DNA of 64,000 bases, from positions 80,600,001 to 80,664,000 of the forward strand of contig OX597831.1 of the NCBI GenBank assembly GCA_951406725.2. The letters are read 5' to 3'. Below are positions 24,286-38,168 of this stretch, piece by piece (positions within the stretch are counted from its first letter, which is position 1; every line of letters starts with the position of its first letter). Below the pieces are notes generated by a model. It did not search any database. It had not been told where the DNA came from and saw nothing but the letters and a program-made list of their open reading frames with translations. The stretch is from Octopus vulgaris (taxonomy: Eukaryota). The translations under genes and the position numbers were made by a program.

Positions 24286-25744
24286 ATTTCGTCTGCAGCT
24301 ACGTTCTGAGTTCAAATTCCGCCGAGGTCGTCTTTGCCTTTCATCCTTTCAGGGTCAATAAATTAAATACCAGTTGCATACTGAGGTCCCCTCCCCCAAA
24401 ATTTCGGGCCTTGTGCGTAGAGTAGAAAAGAATATATATACATACATATATATATAGGCGCATGGCCTGGTGGTTTGGGTGTTGCACTCATGGTTACTAG
24501 ATAATAGGTTTGATCCCTGTACTGGGTGGCGAAGCATTTCATTTCATTTCATTGAGCAAAATACTTCATTTCACGTTGAGGTGGGATTTGCACTCTGACC
24601 TTGTAAAGCCCTCACCAGCAATGACAACCCAAACAGACCCATGAGTTGGAGGGTCGTCGCCTGAGTGGTGCAAAGGTATCATCCGCCAGAAGTGGAAAAT
24701 AATCACCAACAGATGGTGGATGCAATGATTTGCTGTTACAGTGCATACCCCCCCCTCCCATACCACAATGACTGTTATCATCATCATCATCATCGTCATT
24801 TATTGTCTGTTTCCCATGCTGGCATGGGTTGGATGGCTTGACCAGAGCCGGTATGCTGGGGGCTGCACCAGACTCCAGTCTGATTCGGTATGATTTTTAT
24901 GGCTAGAGGCCCTTCCTAACACCAACCAATCCGAGAGTGTAATGGGTGCGTTTATGTATCACTGGCACAGGTGCCATTTGCGTGACACCGTGGCGCTTTT
25001 ATGTACCACCATCATGGGTGCAGTTGTGTGACACCAGTATCTGCCACAACTACAATTTCTCTTGGCTTGATGGGTCTTTTTCTCAAGCACAGTATATTAC
25101 CGAAGGTCTCAGTCGTTTGTCGTTGCCTCCGTGAGGCCCAACGCTTGAGAGGAGCTCCTTTTTATGTGCCACCAGTACCATCATCATTTAACGTCTGCTG
25201 GCATTGGAATGTGGGTTCCTATTGGTCAGGGCAGGTCACATGGTATTATTGAAAATGGTACTGAAATATCAGTGACTCAAATACATCAAATATATATGTG
25301 TGTATATATATATGACCTGCGAACGTTGGGCCTCACAGAGGCAATGACGAAAGACCGAGATCTCTGGAGATATGCTGTGACTGCAAAGATCCAACAAATA
25401 ACAATGAGTTCATGGCTGTTTCCTGCACCAGTTTCACATAGCAGCCCCAGCCTATCCAAAGTACCTTGGATTGCAGAACGACCTGCTGTGCTGACCTTGG
25501 ATCGTAGGGTGACCTGCTGTGCTTGAGGAGACCTATTGAGTCAAGTACATCAACATCAAAATAAATATCAAATGGAAATTGTAGTTGTGATACCTGTACT
25601 GGTGACACGTAAAAAGCACCATCCGAACGTGGCCAAAGCCAGCTCCACCTTGATTGGCTTCTGTGCCGGTGGCACGTGACCTGCTGTCCAACCCGTACTA
25701 GCACAGAAAACGGACGTTAAACGATAATGATGATGATATAAACA

Positions 25745-25963
25745 TGAGTGGTGGGAGTGAAAAGTTCCTGGCTTTAAGGATACTGGGAAAGCTTAGGAGG
25801 GAGGCCCAAGTTTCTGAGTTTTTTTACAGGGCTTAGAAAAACTGAAGGGCCTCTGCAATATATCTGTGAATCTGAGGGGGGAATATGTTGAATAAAATCA
25901 TAAATAATTGATCCTCCTGAATTTTCTTTCACGCAAAACCAGGAACTTTTCAGCACCCCCTCA
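25745..25963 (+). mobile_element. Mariner-derived MITE
   Basis: Imperfect TIRs ...gtgaaaagttcctgg / ccaggaacttttcagcaccccctca. Retains ggggaatatgttgaataa (GEYVE*), a typical mariner transposase end. Confidence 0.65.
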
Positions 25964-26516
25964 TATGTATGTATGCATGCTTGTATATTTGTAAATAAGA
26001 TGGGATGGTCATGAGTGGAATATCTTTGATCATAGATCTGTTCATAATTGACTGGGAGCTAAACCACAACAGAAGCTACAAATCAGTGAGGAGTGCCTCA
26101 TATTCATTGTCCCTGTCCTTTGTCATCTTCTCTGCGAGGTTCAGTGTCTCAAAATCATTTTAACCACTTTATCCCATGTCTACCTGTGTCTTCCTTTTCC
26201 ACAGGTACCCTCTTCATTATGAGATGGGTACTTATTTAAGCAGCCGTTCCCTTCCATACACATCACACAATCAGATCAGCACATTTGCTTCTTTTGCACG
26301 CTCCATCTTGATGTCTTTATACCAGTGCTACTCAAAGGGATGATCTGCAGACAGGTGCCGGTCTGCAAGTAATCAGCTGCCGGTATGCGGCAAGTTTCCA
26401 GAAAAAAAAGAAATATTATAAAATGCTTTTGTAATATTGTATTATTTGTTTACAAAATGAAGATAAAAGGAAATTGTCAACTTTTATTATATTCAGTATA
26501 TATATTGTTTCCGGCA

Positions 26517-26905
26517 GGGTGCGCTGAAAGTGTAGCTGCTAGAATAAGAATAGCTTGGGCAAAGTTGAGAGATCTCTTACCTCTGTTGGTGACAAAAGGC
26601 CTCTCGCTCAGAGTAAAAGGTAGACTGTATGACGCATGTGTACGAACAGCCATGCTAGATGGCAGTGAAACATGGGCTGTGACTGCTGAGGACATGCGTA
26701 AGCTTGCAAGGAATGAATCCAGTATGATCCGATGGATATGTAATGTCAGTGTGCATACTCGACAGAGTGTAAGTACCCTGAGAGGAAAGTTGGACCTAAG
26801 AAGCATTAGATGTGGTGTGCAAGAGAGACGACTGCGCTTGTATGGTCATGTGGCGAGAATGGATGAGGATAGCTGTGTGAAAAAGCGCCATACCCTAGCG
26901 ATTGA
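26517..26905 (+). mobile_element. RTE-clade LINE fragment (RT C-terminal region)
   Basis: GCAESVAARIRIAWAKLRDLLPLL...KGRLYDACVRTAMLDGSETWA...ERRLRLYGHVARM. Confidence 0.9.
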
Positions 26906-28961
26906 GGCAAGTAAAATTGAAACCGAAATCAAATTCGATGACTGGCATCCGTGCTAGTGGAGCACTAAGAGCACCATCCGAGCGTGATCATTGCCAGAGC
27001 AGCTAACTGGCTTCTGTGCCGGTGGAACATAAAAAGCACCATTCGAGTGTGATAGTTACAAGCATTGCCTTATTGGCACGGGGAAAAAAGATTTGAGCGA
27101 GGTCGTTGCCAGTGCCACTGGACTGGCTCCTGTACAGGTGGCACGTAAAAAATACCATTTGAGTGTGGCCATTGCCAGTACTGCCTGACTGGCCCTTGTG
27201 CTGGTGGCACTTTAAAAGCACCCACTACACTCTTGGAGTGGTTGGTGTTGGGAAGGGCATCCAGCTGTAGAAACTCTGCCACACACGCACATCTATATGC
27301 ATTTATATAATATTATATAAATGTATATAGTAATATTATTTATCCAACATTATATCAGAACAACTCGGTGCAACCCCAAAAATCTATTAATGCCATTTGG
27401 CATCATTAGGTTGTGACCAGGATAAGAAAATAGCAGCTTTTATATGTATATTCAAACCATTTCCCATAAACAAACATAAAGGATATACATACACACATCT
27501 ATTTATAGGTGTAGGAGTGGTTGTGTGGTAAGTAGCTTGCTTATGAACCACATGGTTCCAGGTTCAGTCCCACTGTGTGGCACCTTGCACGTGATCCCTG
27601 CACGTAAAAAGCACCATCCGAACGTGGCTGATGCCAGTGCTGCCTTGGCTCGCTTCCGTACCAGTAGCACGTAAAAAGCACTGATCGTGGCCGTTGCCAG
27701 CCTCGTCTGGCACCTGTGCCGGTGGCACGTAAAAAGTACCCTCTACACTCACGGGGTGGTTGGCGTTAGGAAGGGCATCCAGCTTTAGAAACACTGCCAT
27801 ATCAGACTGGAGCTTGGTGCAGCCTCCTGGCTTCCCAGACCCCGGTCGGACTGTCCAACTCATGCTAACATGGAAAACGGATGTTAAACGATGATGATGT
27901 TTCAGTCATTGGACTGCAGCCATGCACGGCCACCTCTTTGAAGGGTTTATTCGAGCAAATTGCCCCCAGTATTTATGTCATCCTCATTATCGACCTCCAT
28001 TCTCCTTGATGGCATGGGTTGAATGGTTTGGGAGGAACTGGCCAGCAGCATACCTGCCTCAGTTCCAGTTTGTCTGTTTTGCTCTGAGTTTCTTACAGTT
28101 GGATGCCCTTCCTAATGCCAACCACTCTAGAGACTGTATTAAGTGCTTTTAATATGACACCAGCGCAAGCACTGCTATGTAGTACCATCATGGGTTGATT
28201 TTATGTGGCACCAGCACAGGTGTTTACATGGCACGGATACTGTGAGCACTGCTATGTGGTGCCGGAACAGGTGCTGTTATGTGGCACCAGCATGGGCACT
28301 TTTATATGGCACTGGCACAGGTGCTGTTAAGTAGCACCAGCACCCATCAGCCCACAAAACTTGAATCTCTGAGCTGAGAGAGGCGCATGGAGGACATGCC
28401 TGTATGTGTGGAGGGCGAAAAGTTTACTTTGCTTTTAAGTGTCCTCTCATGCACAGCAAACTTGCTGCCAGCCTCAGGCCTTTGTCATCTCCTCTGTGAG
28501 GCTCAAAGTGAGGCGAATGTATTTTTAAAAAAATATTCAGGTACTTTTTCTATTGGTCTCTTTTGCCACACTGCTAAGTTATTACAAGACCGTAAACAAA
28601 CCAAAACTGGTTGTGGAATGGTGGTGGTAAGGAGGTGACAAATACAAACACACACACACACACACACACATACATGCACACACATGTACATGCACACACA
28701 CATACATGCACATACACACATACATGCACACACACACACACACACACACGTACATGCACACACACACGTACATGCACACACACACACGTACATGCACACA
28801 ACACACACATAGCTGTGTGGTAAGAAGCTTGCTTCCCAACCACATGGTTCCAGGTTCAGCCCCACTGCATGACACCTTGGGCCAGTGTCTTCTACTACAG
28901 CTTTGGACCAACCAAAGCCTTGTGAGTGGATTTGGTAGACGGAAACTGAATGAAGCCTGTC

Positions 28962-28995
<34 letters not shown>

Positions 28996-29431
28996 ATGTG
29001 TGTCTCCCCATCATCGTTTGACAGCTGATGTTGGTGTGTTTACTTCCCCATAACTTAACGGTTTGGCAAAAGAGCCTGATAGAATAAGCTCTGGGGTTGA
29101 TTTCTTCGACTAAAGGCGGTGCTCCAGCATGGCTGTACAAGTAAAACACTAAAAGAATAGATATATATAAGATGGGCTTCCACACAGTTTCCATCTACCA
29201 AATCCATTGACAAGGTATTGGTCAACCTGGTTGTAATAGAAGATACTTGCCCAAAGTGACATGCCATGGGATTGAACCTGTGGCCTTTGATGTTGAGAGA
29301 TGTTTCAGAACTTATAGAAGTTTGGTAAATGGAAAATAAGCAGCACTTTAGTGAGGAAATGTCCAATAGCTTGGAACCATAAGCAATGTACTGAGAAAGC
29401 ATTCCTGCTAGATTCTTATCTTAGTTTTTAT

Positions 29432-29657
29432 CATGGCTGTGAGTCGGTGTCGGAGTCAGTAAAATTATACCGAGTCCAACTATCTTTATTCTTTTTAATA
29501 AACCTGTTATAACATGTAGGCCTACTCAGAGTTCAAGCCTTATGCTTTATGAGATATGTTGACCACAATCACTTGATTACATAAGGAGGAGTCAGAGTCA
29601 GAAGTGCCATTAGTAGAGGAGTCGGTGTCAGTTTTATGTGTCAACTCCCCAGCTCTG
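29432..29657. mobile_element. Degenerate MITE with ggagtc subterminal repeats
   Basis: Ends catggctgtgagtcgg ... caactccccagctctg are imperfect inverted repeats; several gagtc(g/a)g motifs inside. Confidence 0.5.
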
Positions 29658-30275
29658 GTTTTATGGTATGAAGCATTTTGCTTACCCTTAACACACAGTT
29701 TTTTTTTTTTAATCACTTTTCTAAATATTGTTACTTTTTTGCATACTGGGTGGGGGTGTTGATCTAATCAACTGGCTCCCCTCCCCCAAAAAATTTTGGG
29801 CTTTGTGCCTAGAGTAGAAAAGAATATTTTATTTGTCTGTCTTTATATTCTGAGTTCAAATTCTGCCGAGGTCAACTTTGCCTTTAGTTCTTTTGGGGTC
29901 GATAAATTAAGTGGCAGTTGCGTACTGGGGTCGATCAAATTGATCGGACCCCCTCTGTAAAAAAATTTGGAGCCTTGTGCCAAGAGGAGAAAAGAATCTA
30001 ATAGTAGTGGTGGCTCATGGCTCAGTGGCTAGAGTGCCCAGCTCACAATCATGAGGTAGTGAGTTTAATTCACAGACTGGGCTGCATGTTGCAATCTTGA
30101 GCAAGACATGGGCGTAGGAGTGGCTGTGGGGTAAGTAGCTTGCTTACGAATTACATGGTTCCGGGTTCAGTCCCACAGCATGGCACCTTGGACAAGTGTC
30201 TTCTACTCTAGCCTCGGGCCTGCCAAAGCTTTGCGAGTGGATTTGGTAGACGGAAATTGAAAGAAGCCCGTCGTA

Positions 30276-30317
<42 letters not shown>

Positions 30318-31385
30318 TATATGTATGTGTGTGTGTGTATATGTTTGTGTGTCTGTGGCAATGGTTGGGTGGGGGTGTTGCTTGGAGCTGCATTGATGGC
30401 AGGGTCAGGTCAATCAAACCTAAACTCATATGTTTGTTTTCCAGTGATACACCGTTTAATGGCACCGTTTCTGCCAGATTTTGTTGTTGTTCTGAGGGGA
30501 TGCCAACAAACATTTTACATTGTGATGCTGAGCAGGCGGGAATTTCTTTGCAGTTATCACAGCACATCTCATCTCCTTTAGTCTTCTATAGTTTTACGAT
30601 TCTGGTATTTTTTATTTCATGTGAAATACTTCTCTGCACTTCAGAGAGAGAGAGAACAGATAGTGAAGGATGGAGTTTGATGTCCTGGAATTCACACTTA
30701 ATTATGCTAAGGTGAACAGGTCTTGATATTGTGTGGTGGATGTAAATGAGTGTCACTGTTGCACAAGCGGCAATTGTTCATTTTCAGTCTTTTGTGAAAT
30801 ATGTCTGGGGCAGTCTTTCGGTACAAGTACCATAACTGCCAATTATAAACCCACGTGGGTTTGTTTACATTTCTGAAGAAAAAAGAAACCCTTTTCTCCC
30901 CCCCCCAACCCTAACCCCACCCCCCATATATATAAAAAAACTTTACGGAGAGTGACAACCTTCTTCAAATGTAAACAAACACACACGTGGCAGTTATGGT
31001 ACTTGTAACGAAAGATGGCCATGTCTGGCCATGCAGAAGTATTATTTTGCTTGGAAACAGCTGAGGATTGGGGACAGGAAGGGCATCCAACTGTAGAAAA
31101 ATCTGCCTCCTTTCTCTCTTTCTCTCTCTCACACACACTCACTATAACCATGGGTTGACCAAAGGCTTGTGAGTGGATTTGGTAGATGGAAACTGAAAGA
31201 AGCCCATCATATGGCTGTGTGGTAAGTAGCTTGCTTACCAACCACATGGTTCTGGGTTCAGTCCCACTTTATGACACCTTGAGCAAGTATCCGCTATATC
31301 CTCGGGCCAACCAAAACCTTATGAGTGGATTTTGTAGACGGAAACTGAAAGAAGCCTGTCGTATACATAGATATATATATATATA

Positions 31386-31613
31386 ATTTTAAAATAGGAT
31401 AAAATCTTTATAAGAAATTATCAAGTAGTTAGCGTGAAAAACCTCATAAGGGAAAAATTTATTAATTTTTCCCTTTAAATATATTTATTTATATTAAGGG
31501 CATTACTATACATAAATGCCTCACGCTAGGAGGTACTCTTAAAGTTAAAACTGACTTTAAGAGTCCCTCCTAGTGTGAGGCATTTATGTATAGTAATGCC
31601 CTTAATATAAATA
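31386..31613. mobile_element. Fold-back mini-element in the (TA)n of a SINE A
   Basis: 60-bp arms 31486-31545 / 31554-31613 (2 mismatches) plus a one-sided extension. No HHR core seen. Confidence 0.65.
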
Positions 31614-33194
31614 TATACATATATTTATATATATATATGTTTGTATGCCTGTTTGTCCCCTCCACCCTGGCATCGCTTGATGACCGACGCTGGTGTGTTT
31701 ACGTCCCCATAACATTGACTAAAGGCGGTGCTCCAGCATGGCTGCTGTCTTTGACAGCGGCCAAGCTGGACTTATTCTTTGTAAGCCTAGTACTTATTCT
31801 ATTGGTCTCTTTTGCCGAACTGCATTGATGACAAGCGATGGTGGGGTGTGGGTGGACAAACACAGATACACATACCCGTAAATATATACATCATCATCAT
31901 GGTTTAGTGTTTGCTTTCCATGCTGGCATGGGTTGGACGGTTTGACCAAGGGCTGGCCAGCCAGGAGGCTGCACCAGGTTCAATCTGATCTGGCAAGGTT
32001 TCTACAGCTGGATGCCTTTCCTAATGCCAACCACTCTGAGAGTGTAGTGGGTGCTTTTTATGTGTCACCGGCATGGGAGCCAGTCAGGTGGCACTGGCAT
32101 CGACCATGCCTGAATAGTGCTTTTTATGTGCCACCAGGCGGCGAGCTGGCAGAATCGTTAGCACGCTGGGTGAAATGCTTAACGGTATTTCGTCTGCCGT
32201 TACGTTGTGAGTTCAAATTCCGCCGAGGTCTATTTTGCCTTTCATCCTTTCGGGGTTGATAAATTAAGTATCAGTTACGCACTGGGGTCGATGTAATCGA
32301 CTTAATACCTATGTCTGTCCTTGTTTGTCCCCTCTGTGTTTAGCCCCTTGTGGGCAGTAAAGAAATAGGCATGAGCATCAGTCACGCTTGAATGGTGCAT
32401 TTTATGTGCCGCTGGCATGGGTGCCAGTCAGGTGGTGCTGGCATTGACCATACCTGAATGCTGCTTTTTATGTGCCACACACACACACACACACATACAA
32501 CAAGCTTCTTTCAGTTTCCATTTACCAAATCCACTCACAAGGCTTTGGTTGGCCCGAGGCTATAGTAGAAGGTACATGCCCTTGGTACCATGCAGTGGGA
32601 CTGAACCTGGAACCATGTGATTATTAAGCAAGCTACTTACCACACAGCTATTTCTGTGAAAGAATTTTTTAAAAAAAGGGGGGAAGAACTTCCCGTGATA
32701 ACATGATCATGAAACTTAGAACATCATTAACTTGGAAATGTGATTCAGTTTTGAAAAAATTTCAGATACCCAACCAATTATAATTGGTTGGGTATCTGAA
32801 ATAATTGTTAATACCCTTGCGATGTATCATTTGTTAATCTTTAATTCAAACATTACATTTTGTTGGGGAAAAGAAAGAAAGAAAGGAAGAATTATATGCA
32901 TTTTAAATATTTTTTAATTAAATGAAGATAATTTAATTTTTATGGTATTATTGATACTGTCAATAATTGCATTTAGCTAATTAATAGTTTTCCTGTTTAA
33001 ATTTATGTCATTTAAAAGAGTGAAAAAGAAATATTCTCTTTATATTCAAATACAGTTTGAATCGTTAATCAGTGATTAATTAAATGGAAGCAATTAATGT
33101 TTAATCATTGTCTTTGAATTAAGTGAGACCATTGCATATCTATCTGTCTGTCTGTGTGTCTTTCAGCCTATGAATGTATGTATGTATGTGTATG

Positions 33195-33225
<31 letters not shown>

Positions 33226-33436
33226 ATGTGTACATATGTTTATACACACACACGTAGATATATATCTACTTAAATTCTGCCGAGGTCGACTTTGCTTTTC
33301 ATCCTTTCAGGGTCGATAAATTAAGTACCAGTTACGCACTGGGGTCGATGTAGTCGACTTAATCCCCTTGTCTGTCCTTGTTTGTCCCCTCTGTGTTTAG
33401 CCCCTTGTGAGCAGTAAAGAAATATACATGTTTATA

Positions 33437-34694
33437 TTGGGTCATCCCATAAATAATGCGGTTTTTTTAATACATTTTATTTTTCAAAATTAAGATAAAC
33501 AAAATTCTTTTTTAATCTAAAATATACTCACCTTCATATTTTACAATGCTCTTCCATCTATCTAGAAGACTTGCAAGGTCCCTCTTCCAAAATTCACTCG
33601 TCCGTGACGAAAAATACTCTTCCACTACTGTTCTGACCTTGTCTACAGAATTCATATTTTTTCCGTGCAAATGATTTTGAAGACTGTGGAATAAATGATA
33701 ATCAGAGGGACCAATGTCCGGCGAATATGTTAGATGGGGGCATCATTTCCCATTGAAACTGCTCCAGCCTTTGGAATGTCATCCTTGCTGTATGTGGCTG
33801 AGCATTATCCTGATGGAAGAACACCTTTCATCTTGAAGCCAAAGATGGTCATTTTTCTTTTAGTGCTGACTTCAGCTGCTCACAGTAGATCTCCTTTGTT
33901 ATTGTTTGGTTTGGGTTTAAAAGTTGAAAGTGGACTAAACCTTTCATATCCCACCAAACAGATAAAGATACTTTTTGTGGGTAAAGACCTTGAAGATCTT
34001 TTTTAGCCAGGGGTGCTAGTGTTTCTCCTCTCCCTACTCACTGTTTTCATTGTATGACATTTTTATGGAGAACCCATTTCTTGTCACCAGTCACCTTTTG
34101 GTCCAAAAAAGGTTCATTCATGAGACGTGACAGCAAAGAAGAAACACATTCACTCCCTGCATGCAATTAGACTCGGAGAGTTTGTGAGGAACCCATTGAC
34201 TCAGTTTGCTAATTTTTCCAATGGCATGCAGGTGTGGATGAATGGTTGAATGACCAAATCTAAGTTTCTCTGCTAATTCCTCAACAGTGATGATGGGATT
34301 TTCTTCCACTGGGGATGTCCTCGTTGAGCTCTACAGATCTCCCAGGATGAGGCTGTAGTTTCTGGCTTGGAATTTCTGGAACCACCGTTGACACTGGTTT
34401 ACCCTTATTGTCCGATGCCCATATATTACATTAATATTCTCACACTTTCCATTATGTTGTTGCCTTTATTGAACTCATAAAGCAAAATATGGCAAATATA
34501 CTCCTTTGTCACTTCCATTTGAAAAAATAACTGTTAAAATCGAACTGCACTCTTCAAAACTTGCACTAAGAATAAGTACAAGGTAAAATTACTACCTGCT
34601 TTTATAGCAAGTTGATACAGGCGGCTTATCCTGTCCCCCTCCGACTTTTAGTTCATGCAATTGAAAAAAACGCATTATTTGTGGGATGACCCAA
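33437..34694 (-). mobile_element. Full-length decayed mariner transposon (~1.26 kb)
   Basis: TIRs ttgggtcatcccataaataatgcg / cgcattatttgtgggatgacccaa with TA TSD. Transposase remnants MEVTKEYICHILLYEFNKG (34518), WVPHKL, YSPDIGPSDYHLF, GEYILD* (~33511). Confidence 0.93.
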
Positions 34695-34718
34695 TACACA
34701 CATTTACATGTGTATGTG

Positions 34719-34757
<39 letters not shown>

Positions 34758-34949
34758 GATGTTTATGTATACGTGTAAATGTGTGTATATATACATGCAT
34801 ATTTACATATGTATGTATATATACACACATTTACACGTGTGTGTTTATATATATATATATATATATATTGTGAGTAAATCTTAAATTGGAAAAAGAAGCA
34901 CATACTAACTTAGAGAACAGTAGAGTATATATATATATATTTTATTTTG

Positions 34950-35335
34950 CATAGGAGTGACTGTGTGGTAAGTAGCTTTCTTACCAACCACATAGTTCGG
35001 GGTTCAGTCCCACCGCGTGGTACCTTGGGCAAGTGTCTTCTACTATAGCCTCGGACCGACCAAAACCTTGTGAGTGGATTTGGTAGACAGAAACTGAAAG
35101 AAGCCTGTCGTATATATAATGTGTGTGTGTGTGTTTGTATGTCTTTGTATGTCCCCCCAACATTGCTTGACAACTGATGCTGGTGTGTTTACGTCCCCGT
35201 AACTTAACGGTTTGGCAAAAGAGACCGATAGAATAAGTACTAGGCTTACAAAGAATGAGTCCTGGGGTCGATTTGTTCGACTAAAGGCGGTGCTCCAGCA
35301 TGGCCGCAGTCAAATTACTAAAACAAGTAAAAGAT
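34950..35335 (+). mobile_element. SINE family A, near full length
   Basis: Complete head, body and tail. Similar near-complete copies at 28810-29160, 38443-38810, 42030-42385(-), 42745-43135, 62180-62550. Confidence 0.9.
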
Positions 35336-36049
35336 ATATATATATATTTGTTATACATATATACATATATGTATGCATACATTTTGTTGTAGAAGTATGC
35401 ACATCTACAACATACCACGTGTGTGTACAACTGTGTGTTGTACGTCCTCTCTCACTCTCCCCCCACACATACCCATTCTCTCTCTCTCTCTCTCTCTCGT
35501 ATAATCAAAGTGAAGAAGCCTTCCCTTTGCTGTTTAGAATTCTTCTCATCTTTCCGTGGCTGACTGTCGGATGCAAAATCCCAGTTTTTCTCAATGACCG
35601 ACTCCATGAATGATGCGCAACCTTCGGTGGGTTTACATATATATATATTTATCTATCTATATTGTTTAATTCTCTCTCATTATATATACATACATATATA
35701 TACACACACCACGTTACATATTGTACAATATTATTATTTATATTGATTCAATCATTTATCATGATATGCTTTGCTTTACACGATTATAACAAAACCAAAG
35801 CCAAAAAAACCCCTCAGAAACCAGAGAATTCGTCTCTCGTTGTTCTGTCTGTTGGTGGGTTTCGATGCCTCAATGTCTGTGTTGTGTCCTTCATCTGTCT
35901 CCAAACCATTTTCGCTGTTGTCACTTGCGGTTTTCCGCGCGCGAAAGCCCCTCTGTATGTACATGTGTGTGTGTGTGTGTGTGTGTGTTTATATCTATGG
36001 AAAGGTGTGTGTGTGTATGCGTGTGCGATTAATGAGTATTCGTGTCTCA

Positions 36050-37840
36050 ATCCTTTTCTTACATTTTCTCTTTCTCTGTTCCTGTTTGTCTCTCTCTCTC
36101 TCTCTCGCCCTCTCTCTGTTCCTGTTTACATCTCTTTCTTTCTCTCTTTTTCACTGTATCTTTCTCTCCCCTTCCCCTCTCTCTTTCTCCGTCTTTGTCT
36201 CTCTTTCTCTCTCTCTCTCTCTGTCTCTCTGTTACACTCTTTCTTTCTCTCTCTCTTTTTCACTATCTTTCTCTCCTTCCTCTCTCTCTTTCTCCGTCTC
36301 TCTCTCTCTTTCTCCCTCTCCCTCTCTCACTGTTCCTGTTTACATCTCTTTCTCTCTCTCTTTTTCACCGTATCTTTCTCCCCTTCCTCCCTCTCTTTCT
36401 CCGTCTTTGTCTCTCCCTCTCTCCTTCCTCCCATCATATCCTTGGGTCCCGCGCCTCTCCTAATAACTATGATACCAATCGTTTCATTGATGGTCACGTC
36501 AGTCATAGACATCTCAAATAGTAGACTTTCGACTGCTACTACAACTACCAACACCAACACCACCACCACCACCACGCTTGTATTTGTAGTAATATAGTAG
36601 TAGTAGTGCTAGTAGTAGTAGTGGCTTTCTCAATGGTAACGTTGTTATTGAGAGGTGGTCAGTGGTGGATGTGATGTTTGTGTTCTAGTAGTAATAGCGG
36701 TTTCGGTTGTAGTAGCAGTGGTGGTAGTCTTTATGTTATGATGTCCAGATGAATCTTGGAAGTAGCGGTTCTAATGATGTTGTCGATGTGGTGGTCATGG
36801 TAGTCGTATTGCTTGTGGTGGTGGTGATGGGGATGGGGATGGTTGGGTTTTTTCCCCCCTCCTTGTCTTGTCTTTCTCTCCATCACTGTTTTTCCTTCTC
36901 TCTGACTCTCACTTTTTCTATCTGTTTCTCTCTCTCTCTCTCTCTGTCTGTCTCTCTCTCTCTCACACACACACTCACTCTCTCTTTCTCTCCGTGTCTC
37001 TCTTTTGCCCGCTTTCTCCACCTCCATCTCCATCTTTTTCGGTTTTTTTCTTCTCACCTCATATTTCTCTCCCTCCCTCCCTCCCTCTCTCACTTTCTTG
37101 TATTGTTCTCTGTCTTTCCTCCCTCCCTCCCTTCTTTATCTCTTATTAACACCCTCCCTCTCACATCTACGTCACTTTCACTTCCCCCTCTCTCACTTTT
37201 ATGTATTGTCCTCTCTTTCCTCCCCTTCTCTCTTTACGTCTCATCAAGACTCCCCCTCTCATATCACTAAGTGACTTCTCTCACTTTTCTCTTATTGCTT
37301 CTCTTTGCCTCCCTCTTCTGCCCCTCGCTTCCCTTCTTTCTCTCGCACTTTTTCTCCTTCTCTCCTCCCTCTCTCTTTGTCTCTTATTCCCTCCCTCTCA
37401 CTCCCCTCCCAATGCTTCTGATTTATTTCCCTTCTGTCATCCTCTCACTCTAACTAAATCTCTCGTTTATAATCTCCCTCTCTCTCTCTCTCTCCTATAT
37501 TGCCTTCCTCTTTCTCCCTCTCTCGTGTTTATAGCTTCTCTCACTCTTCCCCATTATCTCTCTTCCCCTCTATATTACTGCTTCTCCTCTTCCTTTCTCA
37601 CTTTGACTTTGTGGTAGGAGGCCAAGACTAAGTCGTCTGCAATTCATTCATTTGTGTTTGTGTGTGTGTTTGTTTATGCATACGGGTATATGTGTGTGTG
37701 TGTGTGTGTGTATTCTTGTGAGTATGTATGTGTGAGAAGAGTGTGTTTGCTTGCACGTGTTAATACATGCGTGTATGTATGTTTATACACTTGTGCGTGT
37801 GTGTGCACATGTTTGAACATGTGCGTGTGTCTGTATTTTT

Positions 37841-37872
<32 letters not shown>

Positions 37873-38062
37873 GTATGTGTGTGTGTGTATGTATGTGTGT
37901 ACGTATGTATATATGTGTGTACGAATGTGTGTGTGTGCATGTGTGTATGTATGTATGTGTGTGTATGTATGAATGTGTGTATGTATGTGTGTGTGTATAT
38001 ATGTGTGTGTATGTATGTTTGTGTGTGTGTATGTATGTATGTACATGTGTGTGTGTGTGTGT
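36050..38062. repeat. Low-complexity (CT)n-rich, (GTA/GTG)n and (TG)n fields
   Basis: Directly visible. Confidence 0.95.
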
Positions 38063-38084
38063 GAATTGAACATCAATATATCCA

Positions 38085-38168
38085 GCGGCCAGTTGGAAGA
38101 GTGGAAGACAGCCGTCTTCTGGACGAGTAAATCTGCGACCCGGTTTCGATTCCCGGCTGGTGCTTTTT
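38085..38168 (+). pseudogene. Orphan tRNA-like sequence with Pol III terminator
   Basis: Acceptor-like gcggccag/ctggtgc, A-box-like tggaagagtgg, T arm ccggt-ttcgatt-cccgg, followed by ttttt. D and anticodon arms are imperfect. Confidence 0.5.

Noticed and set aside
35538-35626. AG...GT-bounded candidate exon
   Set aside because: All three frames contain stops and there is no supporting homology.
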